This document shows, piece by piece, positions 40,543 through 50,198 of a stretch of 64,000 nucleotides of DNA (within the stretch, counting starts at the first letter, position 1; every line of letters begins with the position of its first letter). Below the pieces are notes generated by a model. That model saw only the letters and a list, made by a program, of their open reading frames with translations. It was not told where the DNA came from and did not search any database. The position numbers and the translations under genes were made by a program. Origin of the DNA: a bacterium (GTDB lineage: Bacteria > DRYD01); the NCBI GenBank assembly GCA_039630415.1, contig JBCNVB010000025.1, positions 1 to 64,000 on the forward strand, in the 5' to 3' direction.

Positions 40543-42708
40543 ATGAATCAAAACAATATTAATCCAGAAAAAACAATATCAGAGAAAACTATAGTAGCAA
40601 ATCAACCTAAGCAACCTTACCTTACAATACCTGAGCTCAAAAAGTGGAGAAATTATACCGTCGTTAAAAAAATCAAAGAAAACAACCAGTGCTGCCTATT
40701 CCTAATTAAAGATAATAACAAAGATCTAATCTTGAAAGTATTCTATCCATTTTCTCCATTTAATTTGGAAACAATAATGAAAATAGCAGAGATATCAAAA
40801 AAGGCGGATTTCCCACCCTACCTTACGAAAATTATCGACTATGGCTATAGTGAAGAGTTCAAATCCTACTACATCGTAGAAGAATACCTACCAGAAAAAG
40901 ATCTACTTGAGTACTACTCCCAAAACCCCCTTTCCCCAGAGCAAATCAAAGAACTAGCAAAACAAATAAATGAAGCACTCAACTATCTCCATAAAAACGA
41001 AATAATTCACCTAGATATAAAACCATCGAACATCTTAATAAGATCCAAAAATCCTCTGATTTTTTCAATAACCGATTACAATATATCAAGCTATAAACCC
41101 AAAGAAGTAGACATAAAATTAACAACGTTTAAGTTAACCCCTGCATACGCTGCTCCAGAAAGATTTACAAACATACTAACAGAAAAATCTGATTATTGGT
41201 CACTCGGAATAACAATCCTGGAAGTTCTAATCCAGAAAAATCCATTTGAAAATATAGAACCTAATCTAATCCTGTACAGGATCCTTACCCAAGGAGTGGA
41301 AATACCCAAATCAATAGATCCATACTTTCATAGAATGCTTCAGGGCTTACTAAATACAAACCCAGAAAAAAGATGGGGTTACCAAGAACTAAAAGACTAC
41401 TTAGAAGGTAAGCAAGTTAGTGTACAAATACCTCAACCAGAGTATAAAATAAAATATAAAAATAAAGAATATCACTCTATTGAAGAACTTCTACTGAGTT
41501 TCCTAAAAAACTACGAAGAATTCAGAAATGGAGTAAATTTTATTCAATCTCCAGAAATAGATAATCTCCTTCCCCCCCAAGATTCAAAACTTCTTAAAGA
41601 ACTTAAACAAAGAATAAATGATAAAGAAATAGTTCTAAATCTTTTCATTAGTTACAAATTTCCATCATTGCCTCCTTATGTTTGTTCCCAAAAACTAACA
41701 TTTGACACTATCATGAACACTATACGAAAAGTGGCCAACAAAGAATACCTTAACTATGAGGACAAAAAAATTATCCAGTTAATAGCTAATTTTGTTGAAA
41801 ACAAAAGTCCCAACATAAATGAAATATATGATTTCTATAAAGATAAGCACTCTGATAAAGACTTAGAGAGTTTCTTGTTCAACTTAAAAAAATTCATTAC
41901 ACCACCTCATATAGATGAACAATCATTATATAAATTATGTTTTACTATCGTAGCAGTACACGACAAAAAATACTATTTACCTAGCAATTTTGTTAATTTT
42001 AAGATTAATCGAGATTTACTAAATGTTTATCTTCCTATAGTAGAAGACCTACTTACTATAGAGGACTACAATAATTTAAGAACAACGATTACTCCAGAGA
42101 ATCAATATTTTTCCACTTTTCAATTGCTTCCAAACTTACCAATAAACCAATTTTTACCTTTGTCAGAAAATCTTAAAAAAAATCTAAATCAGATTACAAA
42201 GACAGTTAGCCAGCAAAGAAGCCAAAAAGATTATTGGATTAAGATCTTAAAAGTTCTTAACAGATATCTTGTAAGGTACGGAATCCCAAATAGTCAAGTG
42301 GAATACTACTTAAGATTTCCCCAAACACTAAATGATCAAACTTTTAATATGGTTTATGAAAGATCAATCGATATGATATATTACAGAGTTAACTATCAAG
42401 GCAGAAGACAACCTTCTTATACCCTTGCTATAGCTCCAGTGTTTATACTAGTAATATTCTCATTCTTTGTAATGTTTATCTCCATAATTTTATGCTCATT
42501 AATGAGTTATCCACAAAGATACATATACGGAGACTTTCTACTTATTTGCTTTCTATGTGGGTTCTTTAGTTTAGTAGCTTCTCCAATAATTGGTGTTATT
42601 CTAACTACTGTTCAAGCTATTCGCTCTTCACTTGTAAGATCAAATACAATAATAACAAGAGAACAGATTAAACAACGAATAGAATTTGAAGCACAGTATG
42701 AACCATAA
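40543..42708 (+). CDS. atypical Ser/Thr kinase with C-terminal TM helices
   Basis: ILK, HLDIKPSN, YAAPE, DYWSLG present; DFG replaced by DYN; no Gly-rich loop. Confidence 0.82.
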   Translation: MNQNNINPEKTISEKTIVANQPKQPYLTIPELKKWRNYTVVKKIKENNQCCLFLIKDNNKDLILKVFYPFSPFNLETIMKIAEISKKADFPPYLTKIIDYGYSEEFKSYYIVEEYLPEKDLLEYYSQNPLSPEQIKELAKQINEALNYLHKNEIIHLDIKPSNILIRSKNPLIFSITDYNISSYKPKEVDIKLTTFKLTPAYAAPERFTNILTEKSDYWSLGITILEVLIQKNPFENIEPNLILYRILTQGVEIPKSIDPYFHRMLQGLLNTNPEKRWGYQELKDYLEGKQVSVQIPQPEYKIKYKNKEYHSIEELLLSFLKNYEEFRNGVNFIQSPEIDNLLPPQDSKLLKELKQRINDKEIVLNLFISYKFPSLPPYVCSQKLTFDTIMNTIRKVANKEYLNYEDKKIIQLIANFVENKSPNINEIYDFYKDKHSDKDLESFLFNLKKFITPPHIDEQSLYKLCFTIVAVHDKKYYLPSNFVNFKINRDLLNVYLPIVEDLLTIEDYNNLRTTITPENQYFSTFQLLPNLPINQFLPLSENLKKNLNQITKTVSQQRSQKDYWIKILKVLNRYLVRYGIPNSQVEYYLRFPQTLNDQTFNMVYERSIDMIYYRVNYQGRRQPSYTLAIAPVFILVIFSFFVMFISIILCSLMSYPQRYIYGDFLLICFLCGFFSLVASPIIGVILTTVQAIRSSLVRSNTIITREQIKQRIEFEAQYEP

Positions 42709-42713
42709 ATTCT

Positions 42714-43313
42714 TTAGAAAGGGGAATTACCTTGACTATCTCCTCTGCCCCCACCAGAACACACAGAAATAAAATTTATTAAAACTATCAAATCACTAAA
42801 AAGATTATCAAAATTAATATCAAAGAATACTAAAAACTCATCTTTTTGCTTATGCTTAAAAATCATGATATACTTATGATCTATGTTTGAGTTGTATATG
42901 ACATTATCTTGAGCAGTAGAAACTGCAAAATACATACAAAATGGTAGAGGATTAAAAGTTAAGGGATTGGTATCAGTTATGAATTTACTCTCGAAAATCT
43001 TAGTTTTACCCTTGTCAGGTATTTCTGAAAAGAGCTTATAAGCATTTATTGAAGATGAAGAGATATATCTCAAATCCGGAAAAATACCTATCTCTATTCG
43101 CTTATTCTTTAATATATCCGACTTTGATATGATTGGATTAGAGTATACCACTATCAAGGTATACTTACCAGGTGGTATAGAAAGCAGGTAATAATTGTAG
43201 TTTTTCATTTTTGAAGCTATAAAATCTGGTATTCCATTAGGTACAATTTTAAAGGAAGATGTAAGAAAGAGCCAAGGGATTATGAGTAGTAAAATTAACA
43301 AAATGCGTTTCAT
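42714..43313 (-). CDS. hypothetical exported protein
   Basis: Signal-peptide-like N-terminus MKRILLILLLII. Confidence 0.55.
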   Translation of the reverse strand: MKRILLILLLIIPWLFLTSSFKIVPNGIPDFIASKMKNYNYYLLSIPPGKYTLIVVYSNPIISKSDILKNKRIEIGIFPDLRYISSSSINAYKLFSEIPDKGKTKIFESKFITDTNPLTFNPLPFCMYFAVSTAQDNVIYNSNIDHKYIMIFKHKQKDEFLVFFDINFDNLFSDLIVLINFISVCSGGGRGDSQGNSPF

Positions 43314-43314
43314 A

Positions 43315-43653
43315 CTAGTAAAGTCCTATCATTTCTTTTATATAATCTTCCGCCATTATTCTAGGATCATATTCTGGTGTCCAAACAAGGTTTACTGATA
43401 TGTTTTGAAAATCTTTGTAACCCTTCAAAGTATCTTCAATTTGATTAAGCATAATATCTCCCCATGGACAAGCTGGAGTTGTTAATGTAACATCCACTTC
43501 AAGAGCTTTTTTATCCAGATCGTATCTTATATCGTAAACTAGTCCCAAGTCAACTATACTTAGCCCTAGTTCAGGATCCTGAATAGGTGCAAGCAATTCA
43601 AGTATCTCCTTTACTATCGGATCATCAAGCTCTCTCAAGTTTCTCCAAGCCAT
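43315..43653 (-). CDS. metal-sulfur cluster assembly factor (DUF59/SufT)
   Basis: DPELGLSIVDLGLVYDI, TLTTPACP, LVWTP. Confidence 0.92.
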   Translation of the reverse strand: MAWRNLRELDDPIVKEILELLAPIQDPELGLSIVDLGLVYDIRYDLDKKALEVDVTLTTPACPWGDIMLNQIEDTLKGYKDFQNISVNLVWTPEYDPRIMAEDYIKEMIGLY

Positions 43654-43679
43654 TTTGATCTCCTCCCAATTATGGTTTT

Positions 43680-44813
43680 TTACAAAAATATCTTTTTCCC
43701 TACCACTTCCTCATCTCTACTTGAAGATACTATAACTTGTGGATAATTCTGCATAATTCTTATCATCTTTAGCGTGTTCTCTTTATCTAGAAAAACAAAT
43801 GGCTCGTCCAACAAAAGAATAGGATAGTAATTGTATTTTCGTTTTACTTGTTTAACCAAACTAAAGAAAAACAGTAAGATAAACATATTTATTTGACTTT
43901 GAGAAAATATATGCTTAACAAAATATTGTCTACCCTTCATACCAATGATAAACTCAAAGTTATCCCTATTTGAACTCACTATAACCTTTTGTTTTTCCAA
44001 CTCTTGTTCTCTGTACTTTTCCAGACCCATTTGATAATCCTCAGCTAAACTACTAGTCAATACATTTAAATCTAGCCTTGAATTTTCTAGCCCAGAATTC
44101 AGTGATATTCTGAAAGTTCTATTTGAAACAGTACTGTACAAAATAACAATTTCATCTATTTCTTTCCAAATTTTTTTAGATGCAAGGTAAAGATCATTTA
44201 TAATTGTTGACAAGTAAAATATGCGTTTAGCAGAGATATACGAAGAATACTTGATTATTCTTTTGTTTATCGATTCGAGTACCTCTTGATAGGAACCTGT
44301 TTTTAGAATACTTGTCTTTTGTTTAAGCACTTTTTTGTAATCGTTGTAGTATTTAGAATAATCCTCATCAACAGTTAGTATAAATCTATCTATTACCTTT
44401 CTCTTACTTTCTGGGTCGTTGGAAGAAATATCAAATACATTGATGAAATTAGGGACTAAAAATTTTTGTTTGATATCAATTAATCTCTGAATAGCTTTAC
44501 CGTTGTGATATATTTTTTTCTCAAATTGTTCTGAAGAATCATTATTATTTTTTTTTCTTTGTAGAACAATAGAAAGGTTATGAAGTATTTGATTTAGTTC
44601 AATCTGAATAAAAATTGAAGCACTATCCTGATTGAAAGATATTGGATTATAAGGATTGATCAATTCACCAGAAAAGCAAAAAAGGATGGACTCAAGCAAA
44701 GATGTTTTACCAATTGAGTTCTTCCCTATTATCCAGTTTATTCCCCGCTCAAACTCAAAATCACCCTTAGAAAATATCCTATAATTTTCCAAAACTAACT
44801 TCTTTATAATCAT
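43680..44813 (-). CDS. recF: DNA replication/repair protein RecF (divergent)
   Basis: LENYRI, GKNSIGKTSLLE, SQ, PILLLDE. Confidence 0.75.
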   Translation of the reverse strand: MIIKKLVLENYRIFSKGDFEFERGINWIIGKNSIGKTSLLESILFCFSGELINPYNPISFNQDSASIFIQIELNQILHNLSIVLQRKKNNNDSSEQFEKKIYHNGKAIQRLIDIKQKFLVPNFINVFDISSNDPESKRKVIDRFILTVDEDYSKYYNDYKKVLKQKTSILKTGSYQEVLESINKRIIKYSSYISAKRIFYLSTIINDLYLASKKIWKEIDEIVILYSTVSNRTFRISLNSGLENSRLDLNVLTSSLAEDYQMGLEKYREQELEKQKVIVSSNRDNFEFIIGMKGRQYFVKHIFSQSQINMFILLFFFSLVKQVKRKYNYYPILLLDEPFVFLDKENTLKMIRIMQNYPQVIVSSSRDEEVVGKKIFL

Positions 44814-44815
44814 AT

Positions 44816-45610
44816 TTACGAATTTAAAGTAACATGATAGAGTTGAATTATTTGATCGATAGATAGCTCAATAGGTCTTTTTCTTAAAACATCCATATCT
44901 TTGATTTTACTCTTTTCCGAATCAGTCAAAACATTGGATAATATCCTCTTTTTACTTTTAAAAATTCTAAATATAAACTTGTTTAGTTTTTCACAATATA
45001 CTGGATTCCTGAGATTTTTTAGGAATATTATTTGTGAAAAGACTTTTGGTGGAGGATCATATTTAGAAGGATGGATTATTATTCCCTTTTGAATTTCCCA
45101 CCCTATTTTGAAAACTATCCCCAATGGATTATCAGCTTTTGATATTTTATCCACAACTTCCTTTTGTAAATTTAAACAAACACTATCTATTCTAAAATAA
45201 TTCTCCATGATTTTTCTTAAAACCATACCCGTTATATAGAAAGGTATGTTGCCTATTAGATATATGTTTTCATATTGCAGTGATATCTTTTGGAATTCAA
45301 TTGTTTGTATCTCTATTTGCAAATTACTAAGTGTTTTATCAAGTTTTTCTTGCATTTTTTGATTAAGCTTTCTAAGATAACGATAATCTATTTCATTGAG
45401 TATTACTTTTTGGGGTAATTTTTCTGATGGTAAGTTAGCTATTTTATTGAGTAAAGGTATGGTTAGTGTTCCTTCACCTGCGCCTATCTCAAACAAAATA
45501 TATGGTTTATCAGGTATCCTACTTACTACAAAATCTGCTATCTTTTCTATTGTTTCTTTATCCTTTAAGAAGTGTTGAGCTATGCTCTTTCTTTTTCTTA
45601 TTGGTAACAT
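44816..45610 (-). CDS. rsmA: 16S rRNA adenine dimethyltransferase
   Basis: QHFL, EIGAGEGTLT, GNIPFYIT, QKEV, PPPKV.S. Confidence 0.9.
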   Translation of the reverse strand: MLPIRKRKSIAQHFLKDKETIEKIADFVVSRIPDKPYILFEIGAGEGTLTIPLLNKIANLPSEKLPQKVILNEIDYRYLRKLNQKMQEKLDKTLSNLQIEIQTIEFQKISLQYENIYLIGNIPFYITGMVLRKIMENYFRIDSVCLNLQKEVVDKISKADNPLGIVFKIGWEIQKGIIIHPSKYDPPPKVFSQIIFLKNLRNPVYCEKLNKFIFRIFKSKKRILSNVLTDSEKSKIKDMDVLRKRPIELSIDQIIQLYHVTLNS

Positions 45611-47703
45611 TTTATTCTACAATCGACTACAAACACACCCTCTTGATTTATAATTAATGGATTTATCTCAAACTCTTCTATCTCATCAATATTACTAATT
45701 ATGTTCGAGAGCTTATTTACAGTCTCTATAAACTGAGTTTTACTATATTTTTTACCCCTAAAACCTTCAAATATTTTTGATATTTTGATTGATTCTAGCA
45801 TTGAATCTAATTGGAAGTTGTCCAAGGGTAACAAACCAACACCATAGTTCTTATATAGCTCAACAAATATACCGCCTATACCCAGTATTACTAACGTTTT
45901 GCCTATTTTATTACTTTTTCTCATCCCAAGGATTAGTTCTATATCGTTTGGTATCATTTTTTGAATAATCATTTTGGGATAAATTTGGCTAATTTCTTGA
46001 ATTTTTTGGCGTAGGTCTTGCTCATCTTTTATATTAAGATATATGGCTTTACTATCTGTTTTATGAATAATGTAGGGTGAAGCCGTTTTGAGAACAACAG
46101 GATACTCTAACAAATCCAGATTTACTTCCTGAGAATCTGAAATCGTTAAAGTTTGAGGCATTTTCACACCAGCATTTTGAAGTATTTTCACAACATTAAA
46201 GGGATCTAAAAAACCATTTATCTTTTGATCTTGACTTACTATTTGTTTTACGTATTCTATATCAAAACCCAGATCACGCAAAACAAAATTAGTTCTTTCA
46301 AATAATATCTTTGTTCTGTTTTGATTGTAGTCATAGATTAATCTCAAAGTCTTAGCTAAATGCTCAGGATATACAAACACAGGTATTTTTGATAAATGTA
46401 TATATTCATACTCTTTTTGAGATACATCCAAAGCAAACATACAGGATAAAGCAGCTATGTTATTTTGCTCCAATTCCGATGATAGGTTGTATAGAGTTTT
46501 ACATACTTCTTCCATATTTATAGTTGATTGTTGACCTATGTTTATGATCAAATAATCGTATTCATTTTTGAAATCTATAAGGGTTTTAACAGTTTGGTAT
46601 ACTCTGTTGTGGTCAGCATCACCCACTATATCGATTGGATTATTTAAAGCCGCGGGTGCGGGTAAAAATTCCGAAAGCTTACTCTTAAGAGCTTCCGATA
46701 TTCTATTTACCTCAAAACCATTTTTTATTACAAAATCAGTATTTATCACTGCACATCCACCACAATTTGACATTATCAACACTCTTTTACCTCTTTGCTT
46801 CAGAAACTCCGGATTTTTTTCAAGGGTAGAGATAGTAAAATAGAGTTCCTCAATAGTTTGTGTGTATATACAGCCAGTTTTGTTAAACAGGGCTTTGTAA
46901 TAGTCGTTTGTTTCAGTGATTGCTGCGGTGTGGGAAGATGAAGCTACACTTCCCTCTTGTGTTTGTCCCCCCTTAAAAACTACTATCGGTTTTCCTTTTT
47001 CTAGTAACCTATACGCTACATCCTCAAAACCTTCAAAATCTTTTATATCCTCTACATACAAAGCTATTATCCTAGTTGATTCATCATTTTCCAAATACTC
47101 CAAAAAGTGTACTTCATTTAGAACAGCTTTATTTCCAACACTTATAAGCTTACTTATACCCTGCTTAAATTTGATTAAATGTTTAATAATACCAATAGAA
47201 AAGCCTCCACTTTGGGAAATAATCGAGATAGAACCCTTATACGGCATACCTTTAGTAGCAAATGAAGCATTGAGTTTATAGTAGGTATTAATTACTCCTA
47301 CACAGTTTGGTCCTAAAACAGTCAGCCCATACTTTTGAGTGAGTTCTTTAATTTTGATTTCCTGATCAACATTGCCAGTTTCAGCAAACCCACTAGATAT
47401 GATTATAAAATTTTTTATACCTATCTTAGCAGCATCTTCTAATACTTCCATAGCAATGCTGGGTTTTAAAATCAGTATAGCTACATCTACCATATCAGGT
47501 ATATCCTCAATTTTGGGATAACACCTTATTCCCTTAATTGCCTTTATTTTAGGATTTACCGGATAAACTACCCCCTCATAACCATTATCCACTATGTTTT
47601 CCATCAAAGAATAGCTTATATGCTCAGGATTACTTGAAAGACCTATTATAGCTATCTTAGATGGTTTTAGAAGTAGATCTAAGTTGTACAACGTGTTTAT
47701 CAT
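45598..47703 (-). CDS. acetate--CoA ligase (ADP-forming) family, fused CoA-binding and ATP-grasp domains
   Basis: YPVNP, GFAETG, GPNCVG, SQSG, SHTA, NPIDI, HKTD, EINPL. Start MINTL at 47703 follows the SD GGGGAGG. Confidence 0.9.
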   Translation of the reverse strand: MINTLYNLDLLLKPSKIAIIGLSSNPEHISYSLMENIVDNGYEGVVYPVNPKIKAIKGIRCYPKIEDIPDMVDVAILILKPSIAMEVLEDAAKIGIKNFIIISSGFAETGNVDQEIKIKELTQKYGLTVLGPNCVGVINTYYKLNASFATKGMPYKGSISIISQSGGFSIGIIKHLIKFKQGISKLISVGNKAVLNEVHFLEYLENDESTRIIALYVEDIKDFEGFEDVAYRLLEKGKPIVVFKGGQTQEGSVASSSHTAAITETNDYYKALFNKTGCIYTQTIEELYFTISTLEKNPEFLKQRGKRVLIMSNCGGCAVINTDFVIKNGFEVNRISEALKSKLSEFLPAPAALNNPIDIVGDADHNRVYQTVKTLIDFKNEYDYLIINIGQQSTINMEEVCKTLYNLSSELEQNNIAALSCMFALDVSQKEYEYIHLSKIPVFVYPEHLAKTLRLIYDYNQNRTKILFERTNFVLRDLGFDIEYVKQIVSQDQKINGFLDPFNVVKILQNAGVKMPQTLTISDSQEVNLDLLEYPVVLKTASPYIIHKTDSKAIYLNIKDEQDLRQKIQEISQIYPKMIIQKMIPNDIELILGMRKSNKIGKTLVILGIGGIFVELYKNYGVGLLPLDNFQLDSMLESIKISKIFEGFRGKKYSKTQFIETVNKLSNIISNIDEIEEFEINPLIINQEGVFVVDCRIKCYQ

Positions 47704-48471
47704 TTTGACTACCTCCCCTACAGTATTTTTGGTATATTTCTCTTGAAAGAATATTGTTTTTGGTATGGGTTGGATTATGCAAATAAAAGATTCCTTTGAA
47801 GTAGGGAACAGCAGTAGTATATAGATCACCCAAAAAATCTATTATTTTATGATAGTTCAAATGATGGGGATTAGGGTTAGTTTTATTTACACTGAGTATG
47901 ATAGTATTTGTAATATCTGCTCCTTTGGCTAAATTCATCGATTCAAATATGTAGTAATCTTGTAAATACCCAAAGGTTTTTGAAGGTAGTAAAAGTTCAC
48001 CTTCTTGCCAGTAAACTAATGTTTTATTTTTTGTTTTTGGATCTTGCCAAAAACAATAAACACCGAAATTATCAGAAGGATAAACTTTGTAGTCCAATAC
48101 TTCTAAGTACTGGTCTATGTTTACAAAAGGTGCTGGCTCTTGTAAAATTAACTCGTTACCCTCTAGTAAGTTTAGGAAATCTGATATACTTCCGTCCAGA
48201 ATTGGTATTTCTGAGCCTATAACCTCTATTGCAATCCTGTCTATCTTTTTGATAAATAGAGCACATAAAATATGCTCTATTGTTTTGGATATCTCTATGT
48301 CTGTACTTGAAGTGGTATTTATTACCTTATAGGGATCTAGGATGAGATTTTTTTTTTATTCAAAAAGGTTATTGGTTTATCGTAAGGATGCAAGACTACC
48401 TTTGTTTTAAGGTTTGTATGTATTCCTTTGCCTACTATGGTTATTTTATACTTTATAGTTTTCGAATTCAT
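47657..48471 (-). CDS. lpxC: UDP-3-O-acyl-N-acetylglucosamine deacetylase, frameshifted at an A10 tract
   Basis: Own translation: MNSKTIKYKITIVGKGIHT, then after the shift TIEHILCAL, EIPILDGS, HKIIDFLGDL. One extra A at 48348-48357 gives a 271-aa ORF. Confidence 0.88.
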
Positions 48472-48489
48472 TTTGGTGGTGAGCTTTTA

Positions 48490-48789
48490 TTAGAATATGT
48501 TGGGTAGATTCATACTAGACATCATTTTTGCCACGGCATTATTTCCTGCTTCTTTTGATTTATTTAGTGCATCATTTGTAGCTACCAAGATAAGATCCTC
48601 AAGTAGAGATACGTCTTCTTTTATTAGTTCAGGATCTATTTTAACTTGCATGATTTCTTGCAATCCATTGCATACTACTTTAACTTTTCCGTTTGCAGCT
48701 ACTCCTTCGAAGGTTTGGGAGGCCATTTCTTTTTGCATCTTATTCATCATATTTTGTACTTGGTTTAGGAGAGATTTGTTGAATTGCAT
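48490..48789 (-). CDS. YbaB/EbfC nucleoid-associated protein
   Basis: GKVKVVCNG, IDPEL, LEDLILVATNDA; start MQFNK at 48789 (the ORF-track start is inside tRNA-Ser). Confidence 0.9.
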   Translation of the reverse strand: MQFNKSLLNQVQNMMNKMQKEMASQTFEGVAANGKVKVVCNGLQEIMQVKIDPELIKEDVSLLEDLILVATNDALNKSKEAGNNAVAKMMSSMNLPNIF

Positions 48790-48799
48790 TGGACAAGAG

Positions 48800-48891
48800 C
48801 GGAGAGGACGGGATTCGAACCCGTGGTGTCGCCTATTAAGCGACACTCTCGCTTAGCAGGCGAGCGCCTTCGACCACTCGGCCACCTCTCC
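48800..48891 (-). tRNA. tRNA-Ser(GCT), long variable arm, CCA not encoded
   Basis: GGAGAGG acceptor stem, CTCGC-CTGCTAA-GCGAG anticodon arm, GTGTCGC/GCGACAC variable arm, GGTTCGAATCC. Confidence 0.96.
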
Positions 48892-49034
48892 TTTCAACCC
48901 CCTCCCTTTCTTATTCTAAATAACACCCTAAATCCCTCCTACTAACTCAACTCTTCAAAGGATCCTTTACAACAAAACTAGAATAATATAATCAAAAACT
49001 ACCTCTAACAGCAATACTTCGTAGGAGGAAAATT

Positions 49035-49928
49035 ATGGGAATACTAGTAAACAAATCAACCAGAGTGTTGGTACAAGGAATTACCGGCAAAGAAGGAAGC
49101 TTCCATACTCAAAGAATGCTAGAATATGGTACCCAAATAGTTGCTGGAGTTACTCCCTATAAAGGAGGTCAATCATTCCTTGGTATACCTGTTTTCAACA
49201 CTGTTAAAGAAGCAATCGAAAATGTAGGCCATATAGATGCTAGTGTCATATTTGTACCAGCATTACAAGCAGCTTCCAGTATTATTGAAGCGTGTACAGA
49301 AGGAATAAAACTAATCGTAGTTATTACCGAAGGAATACCACAACACGATATGCTTAAAGTTCATTATTATCTTAACAAATATCAATCCAAAATGATAGGT
49401 CCCAACTGCCCGGGAATAGCAACCGCTGGTGAATGTAAAATTGGCATAATCCCTAACAACGTCCTAGAACCAGGAATTGTAGGATTGGCATCAAGAAGTG
49501 GAACTATCTCTTATGAAATTCTCAAATTGCTAAAAGATAATTCCCTTGGTCAAACAACAGTAGTCGGGCTAGGAGGAGATCCTCTTATTGGTCTTAGATT
49601 CAAAGATGTATTGGAAATGTTTTTAGAAGATAATCAAACTCAAGCAGTAGTTATGGTAGGTGAAATTGGAGGTAGTGATGAAGAAGATTCAGTACCCGTA
49701 GTTAAAAAACTAGTTGAAAATAACAAACCCGTAGTAGCATTCATAGCAGGAAGAAATGCACCGGAAGGTAAAAGAATGGGACATGCAGGAGCTATCATCA
49801 TGGGTAAATCAGGTAAACCTGAATACAAAATCCAAAAACTACAAGAAGCAGGAGCAATAGTAGTCGATACAATATCCTCCATCCCTTCTATTCTCAAACA
49901 AAAACTTGTAACACTAAACAAAAGCTAG
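49035..49928 (+). CDS. sucD: succinate--CoA ligase alpha subunit
   Basis: VQGITGKEG, GPNCPG, SRSGT, GGDP, GEIGG, RMGHAGA. Confidence 0.95.
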   Translation: MGILVNKSTRVLVQGITGKEGSFHTQRMLEYGTQIVAGVTPYKGGQSFLGIPVFNTVKEAIENVGHIDASVIFVPALQAASSIIEACTEGIKLIVVITEGIPQHDMLKVHYYLNKYQSKMIGPNCPGIATAGECKIGIIPNNVLEPGIVGLASRSGTISYEILKLLKDNSLGQTTVVGLGGDPLIGLRFKDVLEMFLEDNQTQAVVMVGEIGGSDEEDSVPVVKKLVENNKPVVAFIAGRNAPEGKRMGHAGAIIMGKSGKPEYKIQKLQEAGAIVVDTISSIPSILKQKLVTLNKS

Positions 49929-49943
49929 TGGAGGTGGACAAGT

Positions 49944-50198
49944 ATGGCTCAGAAAAAATCCGGTAGTGCAAGCAAAAACGGGAGAGATAGCAATAGCAAA
50001 AGACTAGGTGTAAAAGCTTTCGATGGACAATTCGTAAAAGCAGGTAACATCATAGTAAGACAAAGAGGTACAAAAATATATCCAGGTATCAACACAGGTC
50101 TGGGATCTGACTATACAATATTCGCACTTTGCGACGGAGTAGTAAAATTCAGAAAAACTAAACATAAAACCTTTGTAGATGTAGTAAGTAGTGTATAA
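49944..50198 (+). CDS. rpmA: 50S ribosomal protein L27
   Basis: [21 protein letters not shown]. Confidence 0.97.
   Translation: MAQKKSGSASKNGRDSNSKRLGVKAFDGQFVKAGNIIVRQRGTKIYPGINTGLGSDYTIFALCDGVVKFRKTKHKTFVDVVSSV

Noticed and set aside
47704-47829. 5' extension of the acetate-CoA ligase ORF
   Set aside because: Overlaps the lpxC C-terminal motifs; a strong SD precedes ATG 47703.
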